Shown here: one piece after another, positions 8,531 through 16,580 of the stretch | How the letters are laid out: each line of letters begins with the position of its first letter | How positions within the stretch are numbered: the stretch's first letter is position 1 | Virus record (IMG/VR): IMGVR_UViG_3300049982_000026 | Location: 1-59,380 of that record | Strand: one strand, 5' to 3' | DNA: 59,380 nt | Source: a virus | Lineage: Duplodnaviria > Caudoviricetes | Position numbers and translations under genes: made by a program | The notes under the pieces: model-generated | The model's database searches: none | Told to the model about the DNA's origin: nothing | Seen by the model: the letters and a program-made list of their open reading frames with translations, nothing else

Positions 8531-9561
8531 CAGGCCCAGCCCTCCTGGAGCTTCTTCGCCTTGGCGGCGGCGGTGAGCTCGTCGTTCCACGAGTCCTTGC
8601 CGTTGCCCCACTGGTACCAGATCGCGAGGAGCTCCTCGGGGAAGCGCGACTCGTTGATCCGGCGAATGATCCCGCGCTGGCGGACCTCGTCGCCCTTGAC
8701 CTGCTTGAAGGCCTTGTCGATGTTGGCCATCGCGTTCCACTTGCGGGCGTCGCGCACCTCGGCGGCCAGACGGGCGGCCTTGTAGCCCTTCTCGTCGCTG
8801 ATCGGCACGCGGCGAGCTCGGCACATGCCGTCGTGGACCTCGAAGAGGATCGCCCACTCCTGGTTCACCGGCTCGTCGTTGCCGTACTGGACCTGGATGC
8901 TCCCACGCTCGCCGGTGGCGACGTCGTACGTGCTCGCCCGGCTGTAGGTCGCGAACTGCACCGAGAAGCCCAGGCCGTTGATGTTGCGCCCGGTCTTCTT
9001 GTCCGCGATGCAGACGCCGTAGTCCTTGTGCCAGATCAGGTGGTCGAAGGTGCCGGCGGTGCGGAGCTCGTCGTTGACGACGAACAGCTCGGTGGCCAGG
9101 ATCTTGATCTCGTTCAGCTCGACGAACTCCCAGAACGCCTGGACGTCGGCGGCGGCGCGGACCGGCTCGTAGCCCTCGTTGCCCGGCTCTGTCAGGGCGT
9201 GGACCACGGTGCCGTAGTCGGCGCGCTCGTGAATCCGGCCACGCTCGCAGGCGCGCTGGATGATGCTGTCTAGCCGCTTGCCACTTGCCGACTTGGTGAC
9301 GCTGTTCTCGTCGAATCCGGTGGAGTAGGTCTCCATCCCGGCCAGTGCGGCCAGGTCCTCGTTCTTGCCGAGCTGGCGGGCGATGTAGCGCTTCTCCCAG
9401 AGCTGGAGGAACTGGTTGTCGACCAGGAAGTCCCCGAGCGAGCTGGCCCGCGTGTAGGCCTTGCGGCTGCCGTCCGGCTGGATGATCAGGGGTTCGCCAC
9501 CCTGGCGCTCGACCTCGTTGTCGGTGCTGTCGTCGAAGAAGCCGTCCGTGTCGTCGCTCAC
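8530..9561 (-). CDS. PD-(D/E)XK exonuclease (RecE/Cas4-like)
   Basis: GTVVHALTE, TELFV, AGTFD, IADKKTG, QFATY. Confidence 0.82.
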   Translation of the reverse strand: MSDDTDGFFDDSTDNEVERQGGEPLIIQPDGSRKAYTRASSLGDFLVDNQFLQLWEKRYIARQLGKNEDLAALAGMETYSTGFDENSVTKSASGKRLDSIIQRACERGRIHERADYGTVVHALTEPGNEGYEPVRAAADVQAFWEFVELNEIKILATELFVVNDELRTAGTFDHLIWHKDYGVCIADKKTGRNINGLGFSVQFATYSRASTYDVATGERGSIQVQYGNDEPVNQEWAILFEVHDGMCRARRVPISDEKGYKAARLAAEVRDARKWNAMANIDKAFKQVKGDEVRQRGIIRRINESRFPEELLAIWYQWGNGKDSWNDELTAAAKAKKLQEGWA

Positions 9562-9893
9562 TCAGTCCTCCTGTAGCTCAGTTGCCGCTCGGTCAGGCCT
9601 CGGTCCCGGGCCCTCTTGTACTGCCGGACCAGGCTGGCGTGCTCCAGGCCCAGTCGTCGTGCGATCGTCTCGGCGTCGGCGCCACCATCGAAGAGGAACT
9701 CGGCCTCCTCGATCAGGTGCTCGAGCTTCCAGGTCGTCCGCTCGGCCCGGCCCGTCCGCCAGTAGGCGATATAGCAGCGACTGCATCGAGTCCCGTTTCG
9801 CTGCGCAGCGCCAGAGGCCTTGCGCTCGGCCGGGGTCATCAGTCTCCACGCCCGATTGCCGATCAGTGGAATCCCGCAGTCGCCGCACGTCAT
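9558..9893 (-). CDS. Zn-finger plus HTH DNA-binding protein
   Basis: CGDC...CSRC and AETIARRLGLEHASLVRQ. Confidence 0.65.
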   Translation of the reverse strand: MTCGDCGIPLIGNRAWRLMTPAERKASGAAQRNGTRCSRCYIAYWRTGRAERTTWKLEHLIEEAEFLFDGGADAETIARRLGLEHASLVRQYKRARDRGLTERQLSYRRTE

Positions 9894-10192
9894 CCCGCGT
9901 TCGGAGGCGTGAAGTCGTCCTCGTCGTCTGCCTCGGAGTACGGAGACAGCGCCTGACGGGCGACCTTGCTGATCAGGCTCAGGCACCAGCTCGCCGCGTC
10001 CGGCTCGCCAGCGCGGTCGAGGTCGGCCTGCGGGATCTCGACGAGGTAGTACCGCTCAGAGCCTCCGACGGTGAAGATCGTCGCCAGCTCCGGCGTCCCG
10101 CCCTGCCCGATTGCCTCTACGGTGAAGATGTCGACGTACTGGTAGCCTCTGCCCGTGGTCGGGAACTTGGCGAAGGCCTTCTGGTCACTCAC
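9890..10192 (-). CDS. Hypothetical protein
   Basis: GAGGAG RBS, GC-rich codon bias. Confidence 0.7.
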   Translation of the reverse strand: MSDQKAFAKFPTTGRGYQYVDIFTVEAIGQGGTPELATIFTVGGSERYYLVEIPQADLDRAGEPDAASWCLSLISKVARQALSPYSEADDEDDFTPPNAG

Positions 10193-10276
10193 GTGGTGCT
10201 CCTCTCGTTGGTCTGGTTCAAGGATGGACCCCAGGGCCGATGTCGGTCAACCCCGGGGTCCAGTATGTGAGACCGC

Positions 10277-10573
10277 TTAGCGGACCCATACCTCCCAGCG
10301 CCAGAGCTCGGCGTTCGGATCGCTCTCCATGCCGGTGCGCTTCACCTGGAAGGTCAGCGTGTGCCACTCGATTTGCCACGACTGGCTAGCGAGGAAGTCC
10401 ATCGCCCGCTCGGCCAGCTTGGCCATGATGTAGCGGCGGCCATCGACGTTGAGGTTCTCCGAGGCGACCTGCTCCTGGATGTAGACCTTCCGCAGTCCCT
10501 GCGCCGGAACGAAGGGCTTCGGGCCGGGATCCTGGACGACTCCGATGCCGTAGAACTCGTTTCCGCCGTACAT
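10277..10573 (-). CDS. Hypothetical protein
   Basis: Coupled ORF, GGAGG RBS. Confidence 0.7.
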   Translation of the reverse strand: MYGGNEFYGIGVVQDPGPKPFVPAQGLRKVYIQEQVASENLNVDGRRYIMAKLAERAMDFLASQSWQIEWHTLTFQVKRTGMESDPNAELWRWEVWVR

Positions 10574-11067
10574 CAGCCCTCCCGCTCTCCCGTGAAAACC
10601 AGGTCGGCGTGGCGCGGCTTGCCGGCGTCGATCCGACCGATGCGGCGCTGGTTCAGGCGAGCCTGGCGCCGGGCGGCCGCCGCTTCCCGGCGCTCCGGAG
10701 CGAGCTGCTCCCGCTCGTTCAGCTTCGTCTGCCGCATGATGTGGCCCTGGAGGTTGTCCATCATCGCCGGGCTAACCTCGAGCTCGCCGGTGATGATCCG
10801 GAGCTGCTGCCGGACGGTCCCGGCGTCGAACTCCTTCTGGCGCTGCTGGCGGTTGTACGCCCGCTGGCCCTTCGCCTGCTCGGCGGCGGTCGCCCGCTGG
10901 TCGGCCCGGCGGATCCGGCGCAGCTCCTTGCCCGAGAAGGCGTGGAACTTCTTCTGACCGCGCACGACCTGCTCGATGCCGATCCACGGGTTACCCTCGG
11001 TGCCCGGCTCCGGGATCTCCTCGGACTGCGTGCCGAGCTGGGTCAGGTTGAGTACGTCGTTGTTCAC
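10573..11067 (-). CDS. Hypothetical Arg/Gln-rich helical protein
   Basis: GAGGAGG RBS, codon bias. Confidence 0.7.
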   Translation of the reverse strand: MNNDVLNLTQLGTQSEEIPEPGTEGNPWIGIEQVVRGQKKFHAFSGKELRRIRRADQRATAAEQAKGQRAYNRQQRQKEFDAGTVRQQLRIITGELEVSPAMMDNLQGHIMRQTKLNEREQLAPERREAAAARRQARLNQRRIGRIDAGKPRHADLVFTGEREG

Positions 11068-11077
11068 GTGGGCCTCC

Positions 11078-11386
11078 TCAGGCGTTGACGGTGAGTCCGG
11101 ACAGGATCCAGACGATTACTCGGATGGCCCCGGCCAGCAGGATCATCGTGGCGGACAGGATCAGCAGCTTCTGGACGACCTTCGCCGTCAGGTTGCGCGG
11201 ATCCCGCTTGAGCGAGTTGACGACGCCCTTCGAGAGGATGTCGAACTGCTCGGCCGTGAGCCCGTTGATGATCAGGGTGTAGGCCTTGTCGACCTCGTCC
11301 TCGATCGTCTCGACCTTCGGGGTGAAGGGGTGATCGGGAGGGAGTAGGCCCTCAGGGTCGAAGTGGAACTCGGGGGTGTTGGTCAC
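11078..11386 (-). CDS. Hypothetical protein with a C-terminal TM helix
   Basis: Coupled ORF with hydrophobic tail. Confidence 0.65.
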   Translation of the reverse strand: MTNTPEFHFDPEGLLPPDHPFTPKVETIEDEVDKAYTLIINGLTAEQFDILSKGVVNSLKRDPRNLTAKVVQKLLILSATMILLAGAIRVIVWILSGLTVNA

Positions 11387-11805
11387 GCGTCCTCCGTATG
11401 GGTGTGTTCGCAGGTCGGTTCGCTGGTCTCGTGCAGCTCGCGGATCTCGTTGAGGTCCAGCTCACCACAGTCGACGCGGTGGAACCGGCTCATGTGCCAG
11501 CGGGCTGATTCGAGGTCCCAGGTCATCGGCGGCGGGGCGAAGAAGTTCCCGGCGGCGTCCTTGCTGGCCAGCACTCGGGCTCCGAGTGCCTTCGCCAGCG
11601 TGTAGCGGGCCTCTTCGTCGGTCGGGGCCAGGATGGTGACTTCCCGCTCGCCTGGCGGGCGCAGCAGGTCGACGATCTTCCCGTCCCGGTCCTTCAGCCT
11701 GATCCGCGTGTCGGTCGAGCGGATGACGCGCCAGGTCTTGTTGTTCAGGTCCTTGATGTAGGAGTTGTCCTCGACGTCGGCCCAACTCCCCCGAGTGGCC
11801 TCCAT
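11383..11805 (-). CDS. Hypothetical protein
   Basis: Coupled ORF, codon bias. Confidence 0.7.
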   Translation of the reverse strand: MEATRGSWADVEDNSYIKDLNNKTWRVIRSTDTRIRLKDRDGKIVDLLRPPGEREVTILAPTDEEARYTLAKALGARVLASKDAAGNFFAPPPMTWDLESARWHMSRFHRVDCGELDLNEIRELHETSEPTCEHTHTEDA

Positions 11806-11806
11806 C

Positions 11807-12037
11807 TCAGACGTTCCAGGTGGCGACGAGCTGCATGCCGGCCGGGGCGGCTTCCGAGCGCGCGAACGGATCGCGAGCCAGGCTGCCTACGTGGGTAATG
11901 GCGGGCTGCAGCGTGATGTCGACCTCGCTGCGCTCGATCCCCTGGTTGTCGAGATCCTCCAGGATCCTCGCCAGGTCGACTGCGGTGGCGGGCTGCGTGA
12001 GATCCAGACGCAGTTCTCCAGTCAGCTTGTTGGCCAT
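11807..12037 (-). CDS. Hypothetical protein
   Basis: GAGGAGG RBS; upstream TTTACT-17-TAGCGT promoter-like element. Confidence 0.6.
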   Translation of the reverse strand: MANKLTGELRLDLTQPATAVDLARILEDLDNQGIERSEVDITLQPAITHVGSLARDPFARSEAAPAGMQLVATWNV

Positions 12038-12107
12038 GATGGCCTCCTCTCGTTGGTTCCCAGGTCGTTTCGTTGCGATGGGTAGAACGCTACCGGAGCT
12101 CTGGGAC

Positions 12108-12145
12108 AAAGTAAAGCCCCCGTCTCAAACTTCGAGACGGGGGCC
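12108..12145 (-). terminator. Intrinsic terminator
   Basis: GCCCCCGTCTC...GAGACGGGGGC followed by TTTACTTT on the minus strand. Confidence 0.75.
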
Positions 12146-12219
12146 GGGTTCCGCCAGCCGCGACAGTGAGGCCTTCCGGATTTCAGGTCCGGGGTATGAC
12201 GCGCGGTACGGAGGGTGGA

Positions 12220-12432
12220 TCAGGCGTGCGGGGACTCCCACGGCTTCCGCTGACCGGCCTTGATGGCGGCCGACTTCGGCGTCGAGACGTTGTGGGTGGC
12301 CTTCGCGTCCGCGACCACGCCGGTGGCGTCGTGCGGGTTCTGGCCGGGTAGACCCTGACCCGGGTCGACCTGGGGGGCCTTCGGCGTCGACACGTTGTGC
12401 GTCGAGCCCTTGGGGGTGGCGGCAGTCGCCAT
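12220..12432 (-). CDS. Small protein with a duplicated THNVSTPK motif
   Basis: AGGAGGT RBS; internal repeat at peptide and DNA level. Confidence 0.7.
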   Translation of the reverse strand: MATAATPKGSTHNVSTPKAPQVDPGQGLPGQNPHDATGVVADAKATHNVSTPKSAAIKAGQRKPWESPHA

Positions 12433-12465
12433 GGTGGGTTACCTCCTGTTGCTAGCTGGGCTGGA

Positions 12466-13260
12466 TCAGACGTACGTGACGCCGTTGGCGAGGGAGTTGC
12501 TGTTCCCGACGCCCTTGGTGACGATCACCGCGTACGCCCCGGCGGCCTTGACCGGCGAGGTGACGTGGATGGTGTTGTCGTCCACGACCGAGAAGGCCGT
12601 GCCCGCCGTGCCGCCGAAGGTGACTCCGGTCGCACCGGTGAAGTTGTCGCCGTAGACGACCAGCGGAGTTCCGCCAGCAGCCGGGAGGGCGGCCGGGTTC
12701 AGGTCCGGGTTGACGGTGTCGACGGCCTCGAGGCGCGGCGCCAGGCCGGTGTCGGTGCCGAACTGGAACGCGTCGCCCGGGTCCTCGCGGTTGACCGCCA
12801 GGGTCGGGTCTTGCGCCGGGAGCTCGCGGGTGTTGTTGGACTGGTCCGTGGTGCCCTTCTGGCCGACGGAGAGGCCCAGGTTCGCCAGCACGGTGCCGGT
12901 GCCCGATACGACCTCGACGGTCCGGGGCGCCTGAGCGGTGCTGTTCGAGGTGAGCTCCAGCTTGCTGGACACGATCGCCGCGTCGCCGTTGGCGCCCATC
13001 GCGGTGTCGATCTTGGTGGCAGCGGCGGCCGGGGTGTCGGCGGCGGCAAGCGCGGCCGTGACCGTGACACCGTTCACCTTCAGCACCAGGTTGCCACCGG
13101 TGACGATGTTGACGGCGTTCGCAGCGCCGGTCACCTTGCCCTTGGCGGCGTCGTCGTAGACGTAGCCGTTGACCAGATAGAAGGGCAGCAGCTCCGCCGG
13201 ACCCGAGTACGTGGCTCCGGCCCGCTGGCCGTTGACGTCCTGCGCGACCTTGTAGGCCAT
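12466..13260 (-). CDS. Putative virion decoration protein with a C-terminal IPT/TIG Ig-like domain
   Basis: AAGGTPLVVYGDNFTGATGVTFGG...IHVTSP IPT motif; central domain resembles the major tail protein insert; GGAGGT RBS. Confidence 0.75.
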   Translation of the reverse strand: MAYKVAQDVNGQRAGATYSGPAELLPFYLVNGYVYDDAAKGKVTGAANAVNIVTGGNLVLKVNGVTVTAALAAADTPAAAATKIDTAMGANGDAAIVSSKLELTSNSTAQAPRTVEVVSGTGTVLANLGLSVGQKGTTDQSNNTRELPAQDPTLAVNREDPGDAFQFGTDTGLAPRLEAVDTVNPDLNPAALPAAGGTPLVVYGDNFTGATGVTFGGTAGTAFSVVDDNTIHVTSPVKAAGAYAVIVTKGVGNSNSLANGVTYV

Positions 13261-13298
13261 CGAAGTACCTCCGGGAGTGAATGGATAGCTATCAGACT

Positions 13299-13625
13299 TC
13301 AGCGTATCGTGCCCGGGTGATCCTCGCTCGGTCGATACTTGGATCGCTTATACGCCATGCGCCCCTCGGCCGCCTCCTTGACCGTCTTCCGCTCGTGGTG
13401 AGCAGGACACAGCCACTGGAGATTGCCCTGGCTGTGGTCGTCGCCGGCGATCTTGTGGTCGCAGTCCGTGCCGACCCGAGGGCATCGCCTACCCGACGGC
13501 AGGCGAGCCTCGCACTGGTCGATCCCCAGCTTCGACGTACGACGGGCGTTCCGGCGCGTCGCGGCCACGAGGGCTGGCCAGTTGGAGGGCAGCCTACTCC
13601 GGCGGTCGCTCGTCTCCCACGCCAC
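13299..13625 (-). CDS. HNH endonuclease (packaging-associated type)
   Basis: RLPSNW...C...C...DCDHKIAGDDHS..NLQWLCPAHHERKT. Confidence 0.88.
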   Translation of the reverse strand: MAWETSDRRSRLPSNWPALVAATRRNARRTSKLGIDQCEARLPSGRRCPRVGTDCDHKIAGDDHSQGNLQWLCPAHHERKTVKEAAEGRMAYKRSKYRPSEDHPGTIR

Positions 13626-13791
13626 GGAACTGCTCCTCCCACCACTCGCGATCGGCCTCGAACATCTCGTCCAGTTTACGCAGCGCGCGGCGGCGCTCCC
13701 ACTTCGGGAGGTAGACCAGCAGCAACGCCACAGCGGCCCCGATCACTGGCAGGCTTGCCAGAATCAGGGCCACCACCGCTTCGCCGGTCAT
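13594..13791 (-). CDS. Small membrane protein
   Basis: MTGEAVVALILASLPVIGAAVALLLVYL TM helix. Confidence 0.55.
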   Translation of the reverse strand: MTGEAVVALILASLPVIGAAVALLLVYLPKWERRRALRKLDEMFEADREWWEEQFRGVGDERPPE

Positions 13792-13929
13792 GGGTGCGGT
13801 CGATCCGGCCAGGCGTTGCTGCGCCACTGGTCCAGGCTCAGCGTCGGTAGGAGGGCGATCATCAGGGCCTGCCCGTTCGGCACCCGGTCCATCGGGATCG
13901 TGTCCTCGGCCTCCCACCAGCGGTTCGGC

Positions 13930-14316
13930 TCAGACGTCATGGCCAGCCCCTCGGAGCCAGGTGAGCACGTCGCCCATCTCCCGCTCGATGATCCTGGACA
14001 CCATCTCCCGAGCGTACTGCTGCCGGTCGAGCTGAGCCAGCAGAGCCTCCCAGCCGTGGCGGCTCAGGATGATCTCGTGGTCGGTGACGTACATCTGGCC
14101 GGCCGCCAGGTAGTCGTTGATGATGACCTGCTTGGCCGACGGGCCGATGCGGGTGCTGAGCTCGGCGTCCAGCTCGAAGGCTATCTGCAGCTCCTGACCG
14201 TACTGCCGGGGCCAGAGGTCGCCGCCGGGCGCGTAGTCGTCCAGCCAGTCCAGCTCGTCCCGGTCGGGTGTCGTTCGGATGGGATTCAGGTCCCACCACG
14301 AGTTGATGTCGCTCAC
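13930..14316 (-). CDS. Hypothetical protein
   Basis: GAGGA RBS before GTG; codon bias. Confidence 0.6.
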   Translation of the reverse strand: MSDINSWWDLNPIRTTPDRDELDWLDDYAPGGDLWPRQYGQELQIAFELDAELSTRIGPSAKQVIINDYLAAGQMYVTDHEIILSRHGWEALLAQLDRQQYAREMVSRIIEREMGDVLTWLRGAGHDV

Positions 14317-14455
14317 TCTTCCTCCTCGATCCAGTCGGCCGGGATCCAGCGCTTCGTCCCGTCCTCCAGCTTGACGAACGCCTCGCCCTGCTCGCTCTTG
14401 GTGATGAGCTCGGCGATGAACTCCCGTCCGGACGTCGATACGCGGCACAGCACCA

Positions 14456-14983
14456 TCAGTACCACTTCTCCTTCATGCGACGCTCCTTGAGAACGGACTG
14501 CTTCCTCAGGTGCTCAGCCTTGCTGCGAGCTCGCCGAGCCTTCTCGGTCGCCCTGTCCATCGCCTCCCGGGTCTCCCTGGCGAACTTGGCCGTGTCGAGC
14601 TGCACCTGGACGTACGGGCCGCCCTCGATGGCTTGCGTGCGGGCAGCGAAGTTCTGCGCCTGCTCCAGGCTGTTGCCCACCTTCTCCCAGCCCTTCAGGA
14701 TCCGCTCCTGCTTGAGGTGGGCCTGGACGGCCGGGTCTGTGAGCTCGAGCTGCGCATAGCACTCCGGGTCGACGCACAGGTAGGCGACGACCTCCTCCTC
14801 GCCGGACGGGATGACCGCCTCGAGCCGGGAGTGCGGGCAGATGGACGTGTCCCAGCGCGGGTTCAGCTTTGGAGCGGCCGCGCGCTCGCGCTTCTGTGCC
14901 CTGCGAGCGGCCCGGTAGGCCAGCTCGGACACGGCTGCAGCGGAAGCCAGCACCACCAGTCCTGACAGGATGAACTGCAGCAT
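14456..14983 (-). CDS. Hypothetical protein with an N-terminal TM/signal helix
   Basis: TGATG coupling; MLQFILSGLVVLAS... Confidence 0.65.
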   Translation of the reverse strand: MLQFILSGLVVLASAAAVSELAYRAARRAQKRERAAAPKLNPRWDTSICPHSRLEAVIPSGEEEVVAYLCVDPECYAQLELTDPAVQAHLKQERILKGWEKVGNSLEQAQNFAARTQAIEGGPYVQVQLDTAKFARETREAMDRATEKARRARSKAEHLRKQSVLKERRMKEKWY

Positions 14984-15582
14984 CAGACGACCTCGGCCAT
15001 CTCGGAGCCGCAGAAGCAGGTCGGCAGGCCACGGTCGATCCACATGCGCGTCGTACGCAGGCTGTACCCGCAGTCGTCGTCGGTGCACTTGATCGGGAGC
15101 ATCCGGCTGGTCTGCTTCTTCGGGCCGGACTTCTTCCCGGCGCCGCGCCCCATCTTGCTGTGGGGGTACTCGCCCAGCTCGTCGGCGATGGTCTTCATCA
15201 CCAGCGCCAGTTCCTCGCTGACGGCGCACTGGGTCCGCTTGCCGGTCATCCCGATGCGCTTGAAGACGTAGGCGAAGTGGCCTCGGTGGCCGTTCTGGCA
15301 GTCGTCGAGCGCGTGGATCATCTCGTGCGCCAGGCATCCCAGGAGCTCGAGCACGTCCTCGAGGATCGGGCTGATGTAGATCTGCGGGATCCCGTCCTCG
15401 AAATTGGCGGTGTTGAAGCACTCGCCGATGACGGTGGTGGTGGAACGCTTGCCCTTCGGCCAGCCGACCGAGACCCGGAACTCGGGTACGACGAAGTCGA
15501 CATCCTCGGTGGTGAAGACCAGCTCGCGCATGCGGGCGGCGGCGGCCTGGAGCCAGCCTTCTCGGGTCTCGTGCTTGGTCAC
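14983..15582 (-). CDS. SprT-like zinc metalloprotease with a C-terminal Zn ribbon
   Basis: LAHEMIHA...GHRGHF; C-terminal C...C...CFC. Confidence 0.8.
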   Translation of the reverse strand: MTKHETREGWLQAAAARMRELVFTTEDVDFVVPEFRVSVGWPKGKRSTTTVIGECFNTANFEDGIPQIYISPILEDVLELLGCLAHEMIHALDDCQNGHRGHFAYVFKRIGMTGKRTQCAVSEELALVMKTIADELGEYPHSKMGRGAGKKSGPKKQTSRMLPIKCTDDDCGYSLRTTRMWIDRGLPTCFCGSEMAEVV

Positions 15583-15628
15583 TGTGATTCCCCTCTCGGT
15601 CGGTCAACGTGTGTAAACAGTACAACGA

Positions 15629-15657
15629 GACCCCCTCTCCAAGGAAGAGGGGGTCCA
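15629..15657 (-). terminator. Terminator-like hairpin
   Basis: GACCCCCTCT...AGAGGGGGTC. Confidence 0.6.
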
Positions 15658-15670
15658 CGATGTGAGACTG

Positions 15671-15859
15671 TTACTTGCCCTGGTTGCGGCGGCGCATCTT
15701 CTCCTTGCGCTCCCGGGCCTCCTTCGCAGCCTTCTGGCCAGCCTTGAAGGCCTTCATGGCCTCCTTGCGCTGTTTCTTCTCCTTGGCAGCCTTCTCCTTG
15801 GCCAGCTTCTGCCGCAGCTTCTTGATGGCCGCCTCGTCGTCGCCGCCGAAGATCCCCAC
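15671..15859 (-). CDS. Small Lys-rich basic protein
   Basis: GAGGAG RBS before GTG; similar in composition and C-terminus (RRRNQGK) to 23227-23421. Confidence 0.6.
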   Translation of the reverse strand: MGIFGGDDEAAIKKLRQKLAKEKAAKEKKQRKEAMKAFKAGQKAAKEARERKEKMRRRNQGK

Positions 15860-16040
15860 GGTGTCTCCTCTCTTTTGTGTATCCAAGGTCAGGGCCGCCC
15901 CGGTCCGGGATGATGAACTACGAGGCGCAGTACGCCTGGCGTCTGATCTTCCCTTCAGGGGGCGACCCCTCAGACGGGCTCGCTTTCGTCCGGTTGCACA
16001 TTGCCCTGTGCGGGGGCTCCGGCCTAATCGCTTACCCGAG

Positions 16041-16119
16041 TGGAGATGTCGGGACTCGAACCCGAGTGTCGCCGGCGTCCGCGTGCGGCCTTGACCAGCG
16101 ATCGATCCATACCATCCCC
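16041..16119 (-). ncRNA. Minimal tmRNA-like tRNA-like domain (alanine identity, no mRNA-like domain)
   Basis: GGGGAUG/CAUCUCC-A acceptor with G3.U70; stemless D-loop GUAUGGAUCGA; 7-bp helix; 3-nt linker; T-arm UCGGG-UUCGAGU-CCCGA. Confidence 0.75.
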
Positions 16120-16122
16120 TCG

Positions 16123-16195
16123 TCCGCCCCACAGGGATCGAACCTGTGACCCGCCGATTAAGAGTCGGCTGCTCTACCATCTGAGCTAGAGGCGG
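16123..16195 (-). tRNA. tRNA-Lys(CUU)
   Basis: Full cloverleaf; anticodon loop CUCUUAA; CCA not encoded. Confidence 0.93.
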
Positions 16196-16206
16196 TTGTT
16201 CTGGAG

Positions 16207-16330
16207 TGCGGTGAAGGCGACGGGAGTCGAACCCGCGAGGCTCCCCGGCGCCGGGTCACCTGTCGCCCTCGATTGATGAAGCTTCTATCGACGACCCGGC
16301 TACGCCACCGCCGGACCGACCTTCACCGCA
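16207..16330 (-). ncRNA. Elongated tRNA-like RNA (canonical T-arm, long terminal stem, extended arms)
   Basis: 11-bp perfect terminal stem TGCGGTGAAGG/CCTTCACCGCA; T-arm GCGGG-UUCGACU-CCCGU; lies between two true tRNAs. Confidence 0.65.
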
Positions 16331-16333
16331 TCG

Positions 16334-16406
16334 CTGAGGTGGCAGGACTCGAACCTGCACTCCGAGGATCAACAATCCCCTGCTCTGCCATTTGAGCTAC
16401 ACCTCA
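16334..16406 (-). tRNA. tRNA-Asn(GUU)
   Basis: Full cloverleaf; anticodon loop UUGUUGA (G37). Confidence 0.9.
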
Positions 16407-16580
16407 TCATGCCGCCGGTGGGTGCACCCTGATAGACCCCCTACCGCCGACGGACTCTCCGGATGGGGCGCTGCGATGTCGCAGCTCACGTGATCTACCG
16501 TACCCGGAGCTCGGCCGTACGGGTGTGCCCACCCGCCGCTACCGCTTCCGCTTTCCCGGACTTCTACGGCTGATCAGTAG

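Noticed and set aside
15895-16040. Hammerhead or HDV-like (theta) ribozyme next to the tRNAs
   Set aside because: GAAA and CUGA fragments exist, but I could not build a complete catalytic core by eye
16207-16330. Genome-wide UGA recoding by a suppressor tRNA
   Set aside because: TGA is the main stop with TGATG/GTGA coupling throughout, and no gene needs readthrough
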